Origin: Candidatus Thalassarchaeum betae
Lineage (GTDB): Archaea; Thermoplasmatota; Poseidoniia; Poseidoniales; Thalassarchaeaceae
Reading direction: 5' to 3'
DNA: 64,000 bases
Assembly: GCA_003193925.1 (NCBI GenBank)
Contig: PSPG01000002.1
Location: 41,258 to 105,257, forward strand
The translations under genes and the position numbers were made by a program. Shown here piece after piece: positions 28,924 through 39,200 of this stretch (position 1 is the stretch's first letter; every line of letters starts with the position of its first letter). Below the pieces are notes generated by a model that ran no database searches, had not been told where the DNA came from, and saw only the letters and a list, made by a program, of their open reading frames with translations.

Positions 28924-30279
28924 ATGAGGACGATGGCGGAGAGGAATCGGTGGAAATCCTCCGATGATGATATCGCCGACGTAGCGGAGGCGTTCGAGGC
29001 CGAGCACACCGAGGGCGAGCCCGTCCCATCTTTCGATGGCACTGACGAGGATGCGCAGGTCAGGGACGCGCTGGGTATCGTGATCGGCGTATCCGCCGGC
29101 CTCATCGTCCTCCTCAGCGTCGCTGTCGTCCTGCTGTGGTTCTGGGCCGGGATGCAGGGCGTCAACATCGGGGGCCCCCCCGCGTCGCTGCTGACATGGG
29201 AGGAGGAGTATCGCGACCTGACGGGGCTCAACGATGTCGAGGGAGACGGTACGGGAGTGGTGCTCTGCATAGTCGACTCGGGCATCGACCTCGGGCATCC
29301 TGACCTCGAGCAGCTCGAGCTGGCTGGGTGGATGGATGCCGTCGACGGGGTCGAGCAGCCATACGACAACGAGGGGCACGGGACTGCGATGGCCGGCATC
29401 ATCGTGGCCCAAGATGGCCTGCAGGGCATTGCCCCCGGAGTGAGCCTGCTGGTGGCCAAGGCGATTGGGGAGGAAGGCACGGGTAGCGATGACCAGATTG
29501 CCGACGCAGTGGACTGGTGCGTTGAGCAGCAGGCGGACGTCATATCGCTGAGCCTGGGTGGCGACCAGGGGTTCGGCTCCGGCTTATTCTCCACCGACGC
29601 GCTAGAGCAGGCTGCAGAAGACGCCATCGACCAGGGGGTGTACGTCGTGGCCGCGGCTGGCAACGACGGCGAGGACGATGACGGTGACGTGGAGTCACCT
29701 GGTTCGGTCGAGGACGTGATCTGCGTGGGCGGCATCACGAGGTACGGCAACATCTGGGTGGGAAGTTCCGAGGGCGACAACAATGGCAGGATATGGCCGA
29801 ACCCGATCCTACCGCGAGACGACCCGGACAAGAAGCCGGAGTTAGTCGCGCCCGGGCACGAAGTGCCCGTCCTGATGGCAGGCGGCTTGGAAAGCGGCAC
29901 TTGGTGGGGCTGGTCGAGCGGGACCTCGGCAGCCACGGCCTGGGTCTCGGGGGCTCTGGCTGTGGTCCTCGAGGCTCATCCCGAGATGCAACGCGAAGGA
30001 GCGTCGGGCGGAGCTGGAGCGGTAGCTCAGATGAAGGCCGTGATAATGGAGAACTCACAGATGAAGGATGGTCAGAGCGAGCACGATGACCACAATGGTT
30101 ACGGGCACCTCAGGGTCGACCTGCTGCTCCAGGCTCTCGGGAACTCGAGCGCTGACTCATCGGGGTTCGAGGCGAGCGCTGATTCGACGAGCGAGCGGCC
30201 CCTGGCTGACGAGCTTCAGGTTGCCCGGCGAAGCACTGCAAGAGAGCCGCCGGTCAACTCGACGAAGCCCAGCGAGTGA
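28924..30279 (+). CDS. Membrane-anchored S8 (subtilisin) serine peptidase
   Basis: Triad motifs IVDSG, HGTAMAG, SGTSAAT; oxyanion AAGN; N-terminal TM. Confidence 0.92.
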   Translation: MRTMAERNRWKSSDDDIADVAEAFEAEHTEGEPVPSFDGTDEDAQVRDALGIVIGVSAGLIVLLSVAVVLLWFWAGMQGVNIGGPPASLLTWEEEYRDLTGLNDVEGDGTGVVLCIVDSGIDLGHPDLEQLELAGWMDAVDGVEQPYDNEGHGTAMAGIIVAQDGLQGIAPGVSLLVAKAIGEEGTGSDDQIADAVDWCVEQQADVISLSLGGDQGFGSGLFSTDALEQAAEDAIDQGVYVVAAAGNDGEDDDGDVESPGSVEDVICVGGITRYGNIWVGSSEGDNNGRIWPNPILPRDDPDKKPELVAPGHEVPVLMAGGLESGTWWGWSSGTSAATAWVSGALAVVLEAHPEMQREGASGGAGAVAQMKAVIMENSQMKDGQSEHDDHNGYGHLRVDLLLQALGNSSADSSGFEASADSTSERPLADELQVARRSTAREPPVNSTKPSE

Positions 30280-31010
30280 GACTCGCTCGTCTGCTTCACG
30301 AAGTCTATCCACCGGTTGAACGACTCGACCTTCATCTGGGCTGGCGTCGGCTCCGAGCCCTCTTCGGCGACTCCGACATCGCCGGTGGGCACCTCGGGCT
30401 CCTGTACGAGCAGCACCCCTCCCGGGGACAGCATCTCGAATGCTGCCGACGAGGCGGAGGCGCGCTCGGACTCGGGCATGTCGATGATCACCAGGTCCAA
30501 AGGTAGTGGGAGCGGGGATGGCTGAGCGGATTTCGGCAGTGCTGCGGTGGCTGCAGACCATGAAGCTGACTCGGCGGCCACCTCCTGCCACGGCATTGCT
30601 ATGACATGCGTCCAGGACTCAGCCCCGTGACGGCGTATCAGACGGTCGATGATGACGCCGAACCTGCCCCCCGGCTCGACTATCCTGAATGAGTCCGGCC
30701 TCTTAGGAGGCTGCTCGGGGGGATCAGCGGGGTCGCCGCACCACAGATCCAGCAGCCATGCGGCCAGATGCCCGATTCCACCGCCCACCAGAACGGCGTT
30801 GCTCGCAGGGACTCTCGCTGAGATGTCCCTGATTCTAGCGCGCATCGAGCGAGGCAGCGGCAGGAGGTTCATGTGCAGCATCTGCTCGCCTATGCTAGCT
30901 GCTATGGCAGGCTCGGCGTCGTCTCGCTCGGCGCCCTCCGAGAGGAGTCTCCCGAACATCTCGCGCTCTGACATCTGTGGAAGCCCGATGCCGCCGCCAT
31001 CAGTGCTCAT
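30216..31010 (-). CDS. Class I SAM-dependent methyltransferase-like protein
   Basis: VLVGGGIG motif I, RIVE, DLVIID, LSPGGVLLV. Confidence 0.6.
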   Translation of the reverse strand: MSTDGGGIGLPQMSEREMFGRLLSEGAERDDAEPAIAASIGEQMLHMNLLPLPRSMRARIRDISARVPASNAVLVGGGIGHLAAWLLDLWCGDPADPPEQPPKRPDSFRIVEPGGRFGVIIDRLIRRHGAESWTHVIAMPWQEVAAESASWSAATAALPKSAQPSPLPLPLDLVIIDMPESERASASSAAFEMLSPGGVLLVQEPEVPTGDVGVAEEGSEPTPAQMKVESFNRWIDFVKQTSESHSLGFVELTGGSLAVLRRAT

Positions 31011-31089
31011 GCGCGCTGCTCTGGGGAGCAACTATTCAATCATCGCATACGTGGATGGCTTCAAGAGAGTGGTGCATTCCGGAGCGCTC

Positions 31090-31698
31090 GTGCAACCTGA
31101 TGACCAGACTGATGTCGCGGATGTCGCGATATGCCCGAACTGCTCGGGCTTGGCCGAGCACGAGGTTCTCCGCAGAACCCCCCGGGGCCCGGGAGAAGAC
31201 CTGCTGGCGAAGTGCATGGATTGCGGCGTGGTCCACACTATCGAGTTGCGACCTACCAAAGGAGTGGGGATCACAGCCACCCTCTCCGACGGTCAGCTGA
31301 GCACCTCTGATGTCATCGAGGCTGACGAGGACGAGGTGATTTCGGTCGGTGACCTGTTCAAGCATGACGAGGCGGACTGGGAAGTCACTCGAATCGACGG
31401 GGGGGCTTCGCGTCCCTTCGACAGGCTGCCTGCAGGCGAAATCAGGGCTCTCTGGGCCGTGCGCAAGGACAAGGCCGTCGTGCGACTGACGATGACCGAG
31501 GGAGAGGACAGCGTCGCGTCAAGCATCGAGTGCGAGCCTGACAGGGTGTTCTCCTGCGGCAAGATACTGGATGTCGACGGGCGCAGGTGGAGAATCAGGG
31601 CCCTGCATACCGGAAGGGGGAGGACCCTGAGTGGGAGCAGGGCGGCCTCAGAGCTCCGCAGGATTTACCTCCACCCGGCCGAAAAGCGCTGGAACTAG
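31090..31698 (+). CDS. HVO_0476 family zinc-finger protein
   Basis: CPNC...HEVL...CMDCGVVH followed by duplicated beta modules; likely GTG start. Confidence 0.8.
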   Translation: MQPDDQTDVADVAICPNCSGLAEHEVLRRTPRGPGEDLLAKCMDCGVVHTIELRPTKGVGITATLSDGQLSTSDVIEADEDEVISVGDLFKHDEADWEVTRIDGGASRPFDRLPAGEIRALWAVRKDKAVVRLTMTEGEDSVASSIECEPDRVFSCGKILDVDGRRWRIRALHTGRGRTLSGSRAASELRRIYLHPAEKRWN

Positions 31699-31699
31699 G

Positions 31700-32677
31700 T
31701 CACCGACGATTGGTCCAAGGCATCAGTAGAGCCTTCGCCACGTGCGAAGCTACCTCAGGATTCTCCCGCAGCCTACGCATGCTGTATTCGTACCACTTGG
31801 TTCCGTACGGCACGTAGACGCGGGTTATGTGACCTTCGCCGGCAAGGCGCCTGCGGACGTCACCCCTGACGCCGAGGAGGAACTGGAACTCGTAGCCGGG
31901 ACCCTTGTCTGCAGAGCGGGTGACTTCGGTCTCGTGCCTCGGGTCCGCCTTCCCGGGACCCATCCCCCGCGACTCCAGAGCGCTGAGGGAGTGCTCGATG
32001 ACCGGGGTGTCGTGGGATGCGATGGCGGTGTAGGCGCCGGAGTCGAGCATGAGGTCGATGGCCTTGTTGGTGGCATCGACTATCGCCCTGTAGTCGGAGT
32101 GCGCGATGTCGCTGGGTTCGAGGTAGATTCCCTTACAGATGCGGAAGTCCGTGGCTGTACCGGTGGCTTCGCTGATTTCGGAGATGTCAGAGGAGGTCCT
32201 GAACAGCCTCCCCTGCAGTACCACCCCTATGTTCGTCAGGCCCTTCTCGTGCATCGCCAGAGCCACGTCGATGGTGCCCTTGGTGACGCGATGGTCCTCC
32301 ATGTCCAAGCGGACGAAGATGTCGTGTCGAGCGGCCTTGTGGAGTAGGCGCTCGATGTTCGCGTGGGCCACCGAATCGTCAATCAGCAATCCGAATGCGG
32401 TCGGCTTGATGGAGAGGTTCGCATCCAAACCGCTGTCCGCTATCGCATCGATTAGCCTGCTGTACTCGTCGATGAAGAACTGCGACTCGTCCAATGTGGC
32501 GATCTCCTCGCCTAGGACGTCTACGGTGAAGCAGGCGTCCTCGGCGCTCATCACACTCATCAGACGGATGGCGCTATCGAGGTCGGGGCCGGCGACGTAG
32601 CGCTTGGCGACCCAGTTGATGATGAACCTGGGGGTGAAGGGCATCATGCCCACGATGACTCGCCCGAACAGGCCCAT
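31700..32677 (-). CDS. Proline dehydrogenase (monofunctional)
   Basis: RYVAG, DVLGE, SIKPT, RLDMED, RICKGIY, IASHD, YVPYG, YSMRRLRENP. Confidence 0.93.
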   Translation of the reverse strand: MGLFGRVIVGMMPFTPRFIINWVAKRYVAGPDLDSAIRLMSVMSAEDACFTVDVLGEEIATLDESQFFIDEYSRLIDAIADSGLDANLSIKPTAFGLLIDDSVAHANIERLLHKAARHDIFVRLDMEDHRVTKGTIDVALAMHEKGLTNIGVVLQGRLFRTSSDISEISEATGTATDFRICKGIYLEPSDIAHSDYRAIVDATNKAIDLMLDSGAYTAIASHDTPVIEHSLSALESRGMGPGKADPRHETEVTRSADKGPGYEFQFLLGVRGDVRRRLAGEGHITRVYVPYGTKWYEYSMRRLRENPEVASHVAKALLMPWTNRR

Positions 32678-32720
32678 CTGTCAGTGGCAGAGTCCGACGA
32701 GCCTTCACAATTGCTGAGGG

Positions 32721-33650
32721 CTAATTTAACTCTCGGCCTCGGCGCACGGGCACATCCAACTCACTCAGAAGCTCGAGGATCGCGCTTCGCTGCCAGCCCT
32801 TGAACGACTTCCTGTCGAGGTGGGCGAACAGGTTGCCACCCGGGAATGCCTCCCGGGTCGCTCGGACCGAGACCTCCAGGGAATGACGCCACGCACCCGC
32901 AGGGGCGGAGTCCCCGTCGGGTTCCTCGAAGGGCAGGGCGTAGTTCGCTAGGATGTGGCCGACCCACAACTCGGACTCGGATAGCACTGCCTTGTGACGC
33001 GGGGCGTAGTGGCCTCCTCCCAGCCCGATCATCACATCCCCGCCGGGCTGCCATTCGACCGGCGGCTGACCCGAGAGGCCTAGGTTGCGCGAGATTACTT
33101 CGGCCCAGACATCGGCGGCTTCCTGCCTCTCCCACTGCTCGATGGTCGAGCCTATTTCGATGTATAGCGTCGGTCTCTCAAGCAGAGGACCGTGATGTGT
33201 GGCCTCCAGTGTGAGGTCGAACTCCTCGTCCAGCCCGCGCGCGCGAGCGAGGTCGAGCATCGCTCGGTATAGGGGGGCGAAGCGTGGGGACGGCGGGACT
33301 ACAGCGCCCTTGAGACCGCCTGCCTGACCAGGCTCGCCGTGGGGGGTCTCGCCGGGCACGCCGATTGCGTGCAGCGTCAGTGCGGGGGTCTGGCTGGCCG
33401 AGACGTGGCGAGACAGCACGAGGACCTCGTCCACCGTCTGGCCAGTCTCCTCCTCGTGAATAGCATCAATCCCGTCGGCCTTGATGTGGAGTTGGTCGAT
33501 CAGCAGGAGATGTGCCGGGCGCTGCGAGTGCGTTCGCACTGTTCCATGCTCCATCTCGACCGCTTCGCCCCATCCCCCGAGACGGAGCACGGCATCATGG
33601 AGATTGACAGAGGCTACATCTCCCCTCGATGCCAAGAGCAAGGTGACCAT
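32721..33650 (-). CDS. dtdA: D-aminoacyl-tRNA deacylase (archaeal DTD2)
   Basis: LSRHVS, LTLH, EATHHGP, IEIGS, GGGHYAP, GHI. Confidence 0.9.
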   Translation of the reverse strand: MVTLLLASRGDVASVNLHDAVLRLGGWGEAVEMEHGTVRTHSQRPAHLLLIDQLHIKADGIDAIHEEETGQTVDEVLVLSRHVSASQTPALTLHAIGVPGETPHGEPGQAGGLKGAVVPPSPRFAPLYRAMLDLARARGLDEEFDLTLEATHHGPLLERPTLYIEIGSTIEQWERQEAADVWAEVISRNLGLSGQPPVEWQPGGDVMIGLGGGHYAPRHKAVLSESELWVGHILANYALPFEEPDGDSAPAGAWRHSLEVSVRATREAFPGGNLFAHLDRKSFKGWQRSAILELLSELDVPVRRGRELN

Positions 33651-33707
33651 GTGCACGCGAGGGGGATTGAGCCTTAATCCTCTCAGCCACACCTTCAAGC
33701 ATGAACG

Positions 33708-34634
33708 ATGACGGGACGCAGCATGGGCGATGCGCCTCTCGGCTTCGCGCCGATGAGAGTTGACAGAGGTGGCTCGAGTCTGGTCGTGGTAGGCAGCTCC
33801 GGGGAGCTTGTCAGAGTCACCTCCGACGGCAGTCCGATGCACCCGGCTGTAAGGCCCTTCCCGGCCTCAGTCACCGGAGGTGCGGTCCTCGATGAGGTCT
33901 GGGTGGGCACCTGGGTCGAGCGTGAACTGCAACAGGCTAGGATGGCTGCCCTGCCCCTCGAGGGGGATTGGGGGGATGGTGCAGGCAGGGAGATTCTCAG
34001 GAATTCAATCAACTCAGCGAGGGATGTGATGCCATCCTCCTCGGTATGGTCCGAGGTCCTCGACGCAGAACCCCTCGCCGTCTCCAGAGTCGGCGACGGC
34101 CTCGTCTTCGCCACACTCGGCAGAGGGGTGTACAGGACCGATGCGGATGCCGGGGAGATCTGGCGAGCGCCGTATCCAGAGTGGCCGGGCCTCTCTAGGG
34201 TCGCCTCCAGAGACGCCCTAGTCTCGTCGAACCAATCGGAAGATGGAGTGGTAGTCTGGTCCGAGGCTGGCGGAATGGCAGTCCTCGACTGCGATGACGG
34301 TTCGTCACTGCTGAGCAGGGAGCTGTCGTTGCCGGACAGACTGGAAGGCGTCAGGAGCTCAGATGACGGAGAGTGGCTGCTGATGCTGAGCGGCGGGGGA
34401 GTCATTCTGCTGGGAAGTCTGGAATCCGAGCCCGAATTCATCCGGACCCCAGGTCCGGTCATGGATGCGGTGCATGACGGCAGCCATTGGAGATGGACCG
34501 GATGGCGCCACGACGGTGGACTCTTTGATGGAGCGTCGTTGGCCAGATGCGTAGCAAGGGACGAGGTTGGTGTCGCACTGATTGGCGATAGGGTCCTGAC
34601 CAACGACGGCGGATGGGATGATATCCGAGTCTAG
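33708..34634 (+). CDS. Hypothetical protein, possible beta-propeller
   Basis: 308-aa ORF fills the gap; Trp/Gly-rich short beta repeats (GVYRTDADAGEIWR). Confidence 0.6.
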   Translation: MTGRSMGDAPLGFAPMRVDRGGSSLVVVGSSGELVRVTSDGSPMHPAVRPFPASVTGGAVLDEVWVGTWVERELQQARMAALPLEGDWGDGAGREILRNSINSARDVMPSSSVWSEVLDAEPLAVSRVGDGLVFATLGRGVYRTDADAGEIWRAPYPEWPGLSRVASRDALVSSNQSEDGVVVWSEAGGMAVLDCDDGSSLLSRELSLPDRLEGVRSSDDGEWLLMLSGGGVILLGSLESEPEFIRTPGPVMDAVHDGSHWRWTGWRHDGGLFDGASLARCVARDEVGVALIGDRVLTNDGGWDDIRV

Positions 34635-34635
34635 C

Positions 34636-34806
34636 TCACTCGGACGGGGCCGAATGGCCGCACTTGCCGCACACTTTGCGGTCCTCGTGCACGCCGAGGA
34701 ACACACCCGGGCCGCAAGACGGGCAGAACTCGCCCTTCCTGACCAGTTCACCGTCCTCTACGGAGTACTTCGAGTGCTTCCCATTGGGATTGGGGCCGTC
34801 TCCCAT
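34636..34806 (-). CDS. rps27ae: 30S ribosomal protein S27ae (eS31)
   Basis: Translated by hand: MGDGPNPNGKHSKYSVEDGELVRKGEFCPSCGPGVFLGVHEDRKVCGKCGHSAPSE; below the ORF-track size cutoff. Confidence 0.93.
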   Translation of the reverse strand: MGDGPNPNGKHSKYSVEDGELVRKGEFCPSCGPGVFLGVHEDRKVCGKCGHSAPSE

Positions 34807-35195
34807 CACTCATCACCGCCCTCGGGTTCCCCTTCTGCGGGCTCCTCAGCCGACTCTTCGACTGACTCGGGCTCGCTGGCGGGCTTGACTTTGGGCGCCT
34901 TCTTGTCTTTGGGCGCCTTCTTGTCCCCGCTGTGCCTGTCCCTGACGAAATCGGGCTCGAGGGCGGCAGACTCGGCTGTGCCGTAGACAAGAACCAGGCC
35001 GGTGGTCTGTGGCCGGCCAAATCGGGTGTTCACTTCCTTGACGAAGACGAGGTCTTCCTTGGCTCCCGGCTCCGCCTTCGCGGCGGCTGCGACCATCTCC
35101 TTCAGAGAGGGGGTCGGAGAGTTGGTGTGCTCCCATCGGAACCTGATCTCGACGCGGTCGAGCAGCGGGTTCTCCTTCCTCTCGATGACTTCCAT
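34806..35195 (-). CDS. rps24e: 30S ribosomal protein S24e with acidic C-terminal extension
   Basis: KENPLLDRVE, TPS, TRFG, LVY; operon position. Confidence 0.92.
   Translation of the reverse strand: MEVIERKENPLLDRVEIRFRWEHTNSPTPSLKEMVAAAAKAEPGAKEDLVFVKEVNTRFGRPQTTGLVLVYGTAESAALEPDFVRDRHSGDKKAPKDKKAPKVKPASEPESVEESAEEPAEGEPEGGDE
34890..34925. repeat. Perfect 2 x 18-bp tandem repeat in the rps24e tail (DKKAPK x2)
   Basis: TTTGGGCGCCTTCTTGTC repeated twice. Confidence 0.85.
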
Positions 35196-35207
35196 TCGAC
35201 TCCCTCC

Positions 35208-35426
35208 CTATCTGATGTTGACCTTCAGGGCATAGTTCCCAGGCTGAGTGACATTGAGCCTCTTGGCGACCTCTGAGCGCTCGGGGTGGAGAATCACGAC
35301 GAAGCCCTGCCAGTCGGTGGTCACCGGGGCACTCGGGCAGTGGGTGCACTGGGGCGGGTCGCTCCTCTTCTCGGGGTCGGGGAGTATCCTGTTGCACTCG
35401 CCGCAAGCGAAAGGCTGCTTGACCAT
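35208..35426 (-). CDS. spt4: Transcription elongation factor Spt4 (RpoE2)
   Basis: ACGEC...CTHC, DWQG, PERSEVAKRL, PGNYALKV. Confidence 0.93.
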   Translation of the reverse strand: MVKQPFACGECNRILPDPEKRSDPPQCTHCPSAPVTTDWQGFVVILHPERSEVAKRLNVTQPGNYALKVNIR

Positions 35427-35427
35427 A

Positions 35428-35976
35428 TCAGTCAGCCTCCTCTAGCCAGTCGAAGGCGCCGAGGCCGTCCATCTTGCAGTTGAGGCCTATCTTAGAGGAG
35501 CGGGGGTCGTTCTGGTTGATAGACTTCGAGACTATTCTAGAGCGAACCGGAGTCCCCTCCTCGAGGTGCTTGCCGCTCTTGGAACCCTCGATTCGGCGGA
35601 TACCGAGGTTGACCTGCACCGGCTCGTCAAGAATCTGTGACTTGTGGAGGAGCGCCTCGACAGGACCGATTCTGACGAATGCACCGTACTCGGAAATCTC
35701 AGAGACGGCCCCATCGACGACCTCGTTGTTCTCCATGGTGAAGATGAGGGCCTTGAATCGGACGTTCTGGTAGATTGCGCCGTCGCCGTGGATGATCTTG
35801 CCTCGGCCGACGGCCTCGTGATCGAAAGTGAGCAGGGTGTAGTCCTCGTTCTCGTCGAAACGGCCTTCGAACGCATCGAGGGCCAGCTCGTCGATGTGAT
35901 CCTCGAGCTTGCGCCCCTGGCGTATGTACTCGGCCGGGATTCGGATGGTATCATCGCGGGTCACTAGACTGTACAT
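35428..35976 (-). CDS. rpoE1: DNA-directed RNA polymerase subunit Rpo7 (E')
   Basis: DTIRIP, GKIIHGDGA, GAFVRIGPVEALLHKSQI, KIGL...GLG. Confidence 0.94.
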   Translation of the reverse strand: MYSLVTRDDTIRIPAEYIRQGRKLEDHIDELALDAFEGRFDENEDYTLLTFDHEAVGRGKIIHGDGAIYQNVRFKALIFTMENNEVVDGAVSEISEYGAFVRIGPVEALLHKSQILDEPVQVNLGIRRIEGSKSGKHLEEGTPVRSRIVSKSINQNDPRSSKIGLNCKMDGLGAFDWLEEAD

Positions 35977-36220
35977 CGGTTTCTTCCTCCGTAACGGACC
36001 CGCTCCGAGGCCGGCAGGAGGAAGGGGGGTCACCCTCCCGTCCCTCATCGGCCATGCCTCTGGAGGAGAGGTCCGTGCGCCCGGCGACCGACCCCCCCGG
36101 TATAAGCACAACGGATGACAGCCGTGTTCCGGCTACCCATATAGGGCGTTCAGACCATAGGTCTGGATGAGTATATAGGGCGAATGTTCAAGTGGATTCG
36201 GAAGGCCATCTCCAGTTCTG

Positions 36221-39200
36221 ATGGTAGCGTGTGCTTCGTCTGGAGACCCGTCACGGCTGCGTGAAGCAGCCCTTGGCGTCGCGCTGATGCTGCTGATGTC
36301 ATTGTCTCCTGTACTCATGCAGTTCGATGCCCACGTCCGGATGCAGACCGGGGACGGCACCCAGAGCCCATGGTCCGACGGTGGTCAGCCATGGCCGCAG
36401 TCGGGCAGGACGCCGGGCAGGGTAGCGGATGTCCCGGCGCACAGCCCTGACGGGGGTGCTGGCAACGGTACGCCGGCCGACGCGGCTGAACTGATGTCGA
36501 TAGTCGAGCCAGCGGTGAACTGGGTCTACGGCTCGTACTCCATCAGCACAGACGCGCTGGCCACCCCGATTGCGGACCTGTCTGCATCGGTGACCAAGGA
36601 CGAGGCGGCTGCCGAGCGCTGCGGTGGCAGTTCACTGTTCACCATCCTAGTCCAGACCGATTCCAATTCGGATCACACATTCCTCAGGATCGTCGAGGGC
36701 GAGGATGCCGACCTCGCTTGGTCGGTCGACTTGGGTTTGACCGAGTACGTGAAGGCTGCCCCCGTAGTAGTCGACGTCGATGGCGACGGGATGCAGGAGG
36801 TCCTCGTCGCATACGACGCCTCTGGAACCCTCTACCTCGACGCCTGGGCTCCTAGGCTGACCTGCTCGGTCACGGGATGGTCCCCTGGAGGGCATGGGGG
36901 AGAATTACTGTGGTCTTGGAGCGACGAGTCCCTGATGATTAGCAGTAATCAAGGGCCTTACTCGAGCAGCGCCCTCGGGGGGCACAAGCCGACAACCCAG
37001 CCCCTCCTCGCCGATCTGGACCTAGACGGGGATGCCGAAATTGTAATTGCCGCCATAGACGAGGTCTCCGGGGAACCGGTCGTGGTCGCCCTAGGGCTGT
37101 CCGAAAGCGGGGCCACCCTGCTTTGGGACGCTGCATTGGACAAGGGCAGTCACCCCTCTGACCCGGCCTTCGCACAGACCGATGATACGACGGGGTACGT
37201 GCTCCTGACGACGACCCAGCACAACAGTGGAGCCATGTGGGTTTGGAAGTTGGACTCAGCGAGCGGCGATTCCAGTTGGGACGGGCTGTCCCTGACGAAC
37301 TCCGATGGCGACACGGACGCCCCGCACATCAGGCTACCCGGGCCCGTGATAGCTAATCTCGACAGCGACTCAGCTCCTGAGATGGTGCTCACGATACCGA
37401 CGGACTTCGACGGCTCAGGCTCTGTCGACGGGGCGGAGTTCATCGGAATGGAGATTGGCAACGGCGACGTGCTCTGGGACTTCGAGGCATCGAACGGCTA
37501 CGCCGACGCCCCTCCTGTGGTGATTGACACCGATGGAGACGGTCAGCACGACAGGGTGTGCTGGGTGACTTGGTCCCAGGAGACCACATGGGCCAGACAT
37601 GGCCATGCCGGCTGTCACGACGTGAGTGGTTCCAGCCCGGATCAGGCCTGGCAGAAGAGCCTTGAGCAGAGCAGCGGCTATCCGAACGACGAGATAGCCG
37701 TCGCCCCCCCGACATGGATGGACATAGACGGCAACGGCGAGCAGGAGCTACTGGTCGCCTACGGCCGCTCGCTGTGGGCCTTCGACGGTGACGATGGCTC
37801 GACTTTCGTTTGGGGTGGATCCATCGATCTGCCCCATAGGACTTGGTCCGCCCCCGCCCTGGCTGACATGGACGGAGGTGCGACTCTCGATCTGGTTCTC
37901 GGTGACACGGTCGTGTCGCACGCCCTGGCTGATGTCAGGCCCCTGCTGGACCAAAGGGGCATCGAGTTCAGCCCCAGCGAGCCCGATCCCGGCGAGGCTG
38001 TCACCGTGACTGCGCTGTTCGAGAACTCGGGGACTGCCGACACTGATGATGAGACCGAGGCCAAGCTGTATGCGAACGGCCAGCTGATAGCCAGCTACGA
38101 GGCAGGCACCATGGAGCCAGTTGGCCCAACCGGCGGGGGCTCCTTCGAGTCATTCAGCGTAGAGTGGAGTGGGCCGCTGGGCGAGCACGTCTTCGAACTG
38201 GTCCTCGACCCCTACTCCAACGTCTCTCAATCAAGGCGCGACAACGACGCCCAGACCACCACGCTAGCTATCGTGGCACCCTACAACGCGACTTTCGAGA
38301 TACCTACCGAGCCAATCAGGGTAACTCCCGGGGAAAGCGCGCTGGCGGCCCCTAACATCCGCTCGACGGGCAGGCTTGCAGGAACCTGGAGTCTTGCCGT
38401 GGACGACTCTTCGCTACCTGGAGGCTGGACTTGGAGCGACGAGTCTGGCGGGGGCCTGAGCGGAATCGAGATAGACGTCGATGCGGTATGGGCCCCCCAT
38501 CTCCGCATTCATGCCCCAGCTGACGCCTTGGGCTCGGATGCCGGTCACCTCGGCCTCACTCTGACTCTGGACGACGACCCGGACAACGTCAGTGTGTCGG
38601 CTTCCCTCCCCATCGAGGCCAACCGGACCCGTGGACTATCCCTGCGTGGACCCGATGGAACCGCTGCGAGCACCGGTTACGGCCTGCTGGGCGCCGACGC
38701 ACAGGCTTGGATGCTGCTCCAAAACCTCGGTAACGCCCCTGAGAACCAGATTACGATTTCGTGGAGCGGCACCGCATGGGGCACGGATCTCAGACTGTAC
38801 GACATGGCTGGTATCGAGCAGCCGGCACTGTCTCTAGCACCAGATGAGGTGCTGCTTCTGACAGCGAGGATGGAAGTCCCGGATGATGCTAATCTGGGCG
38901 ACTCTGTGGCCACTCCTCTGTCTATGTGCGTAGGCAGTGGAGAGGAAGAGACCTGTCAGACGATCTCACTCACCTTCGAAGCGGCGGGGGTCGTGACAGA
39001 TGTCCACCAACGCAGCGTACCTGCGCAGGGTTTGGAGTGGGCCGTCCACGCTGATATGCCCATCGGGGCGATGCAACTTACCTGGTCGCTCGCCGACGCT
39101 GGGATGACCGTACAGGGATGGTCCTGGAGCGCGAGTGGTAACCTGTCGATTGCCGGTGACACGGTCATCATGACAGGGGCAATCGGTTCCCAGGCCTTCG

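Noticed and set aside
30649-31089. N-terminal extension of the HVO_0476-like ORF
   Set aside because: It is antisense to the methyltransferase-like gene; the family motif starts at CPNC.
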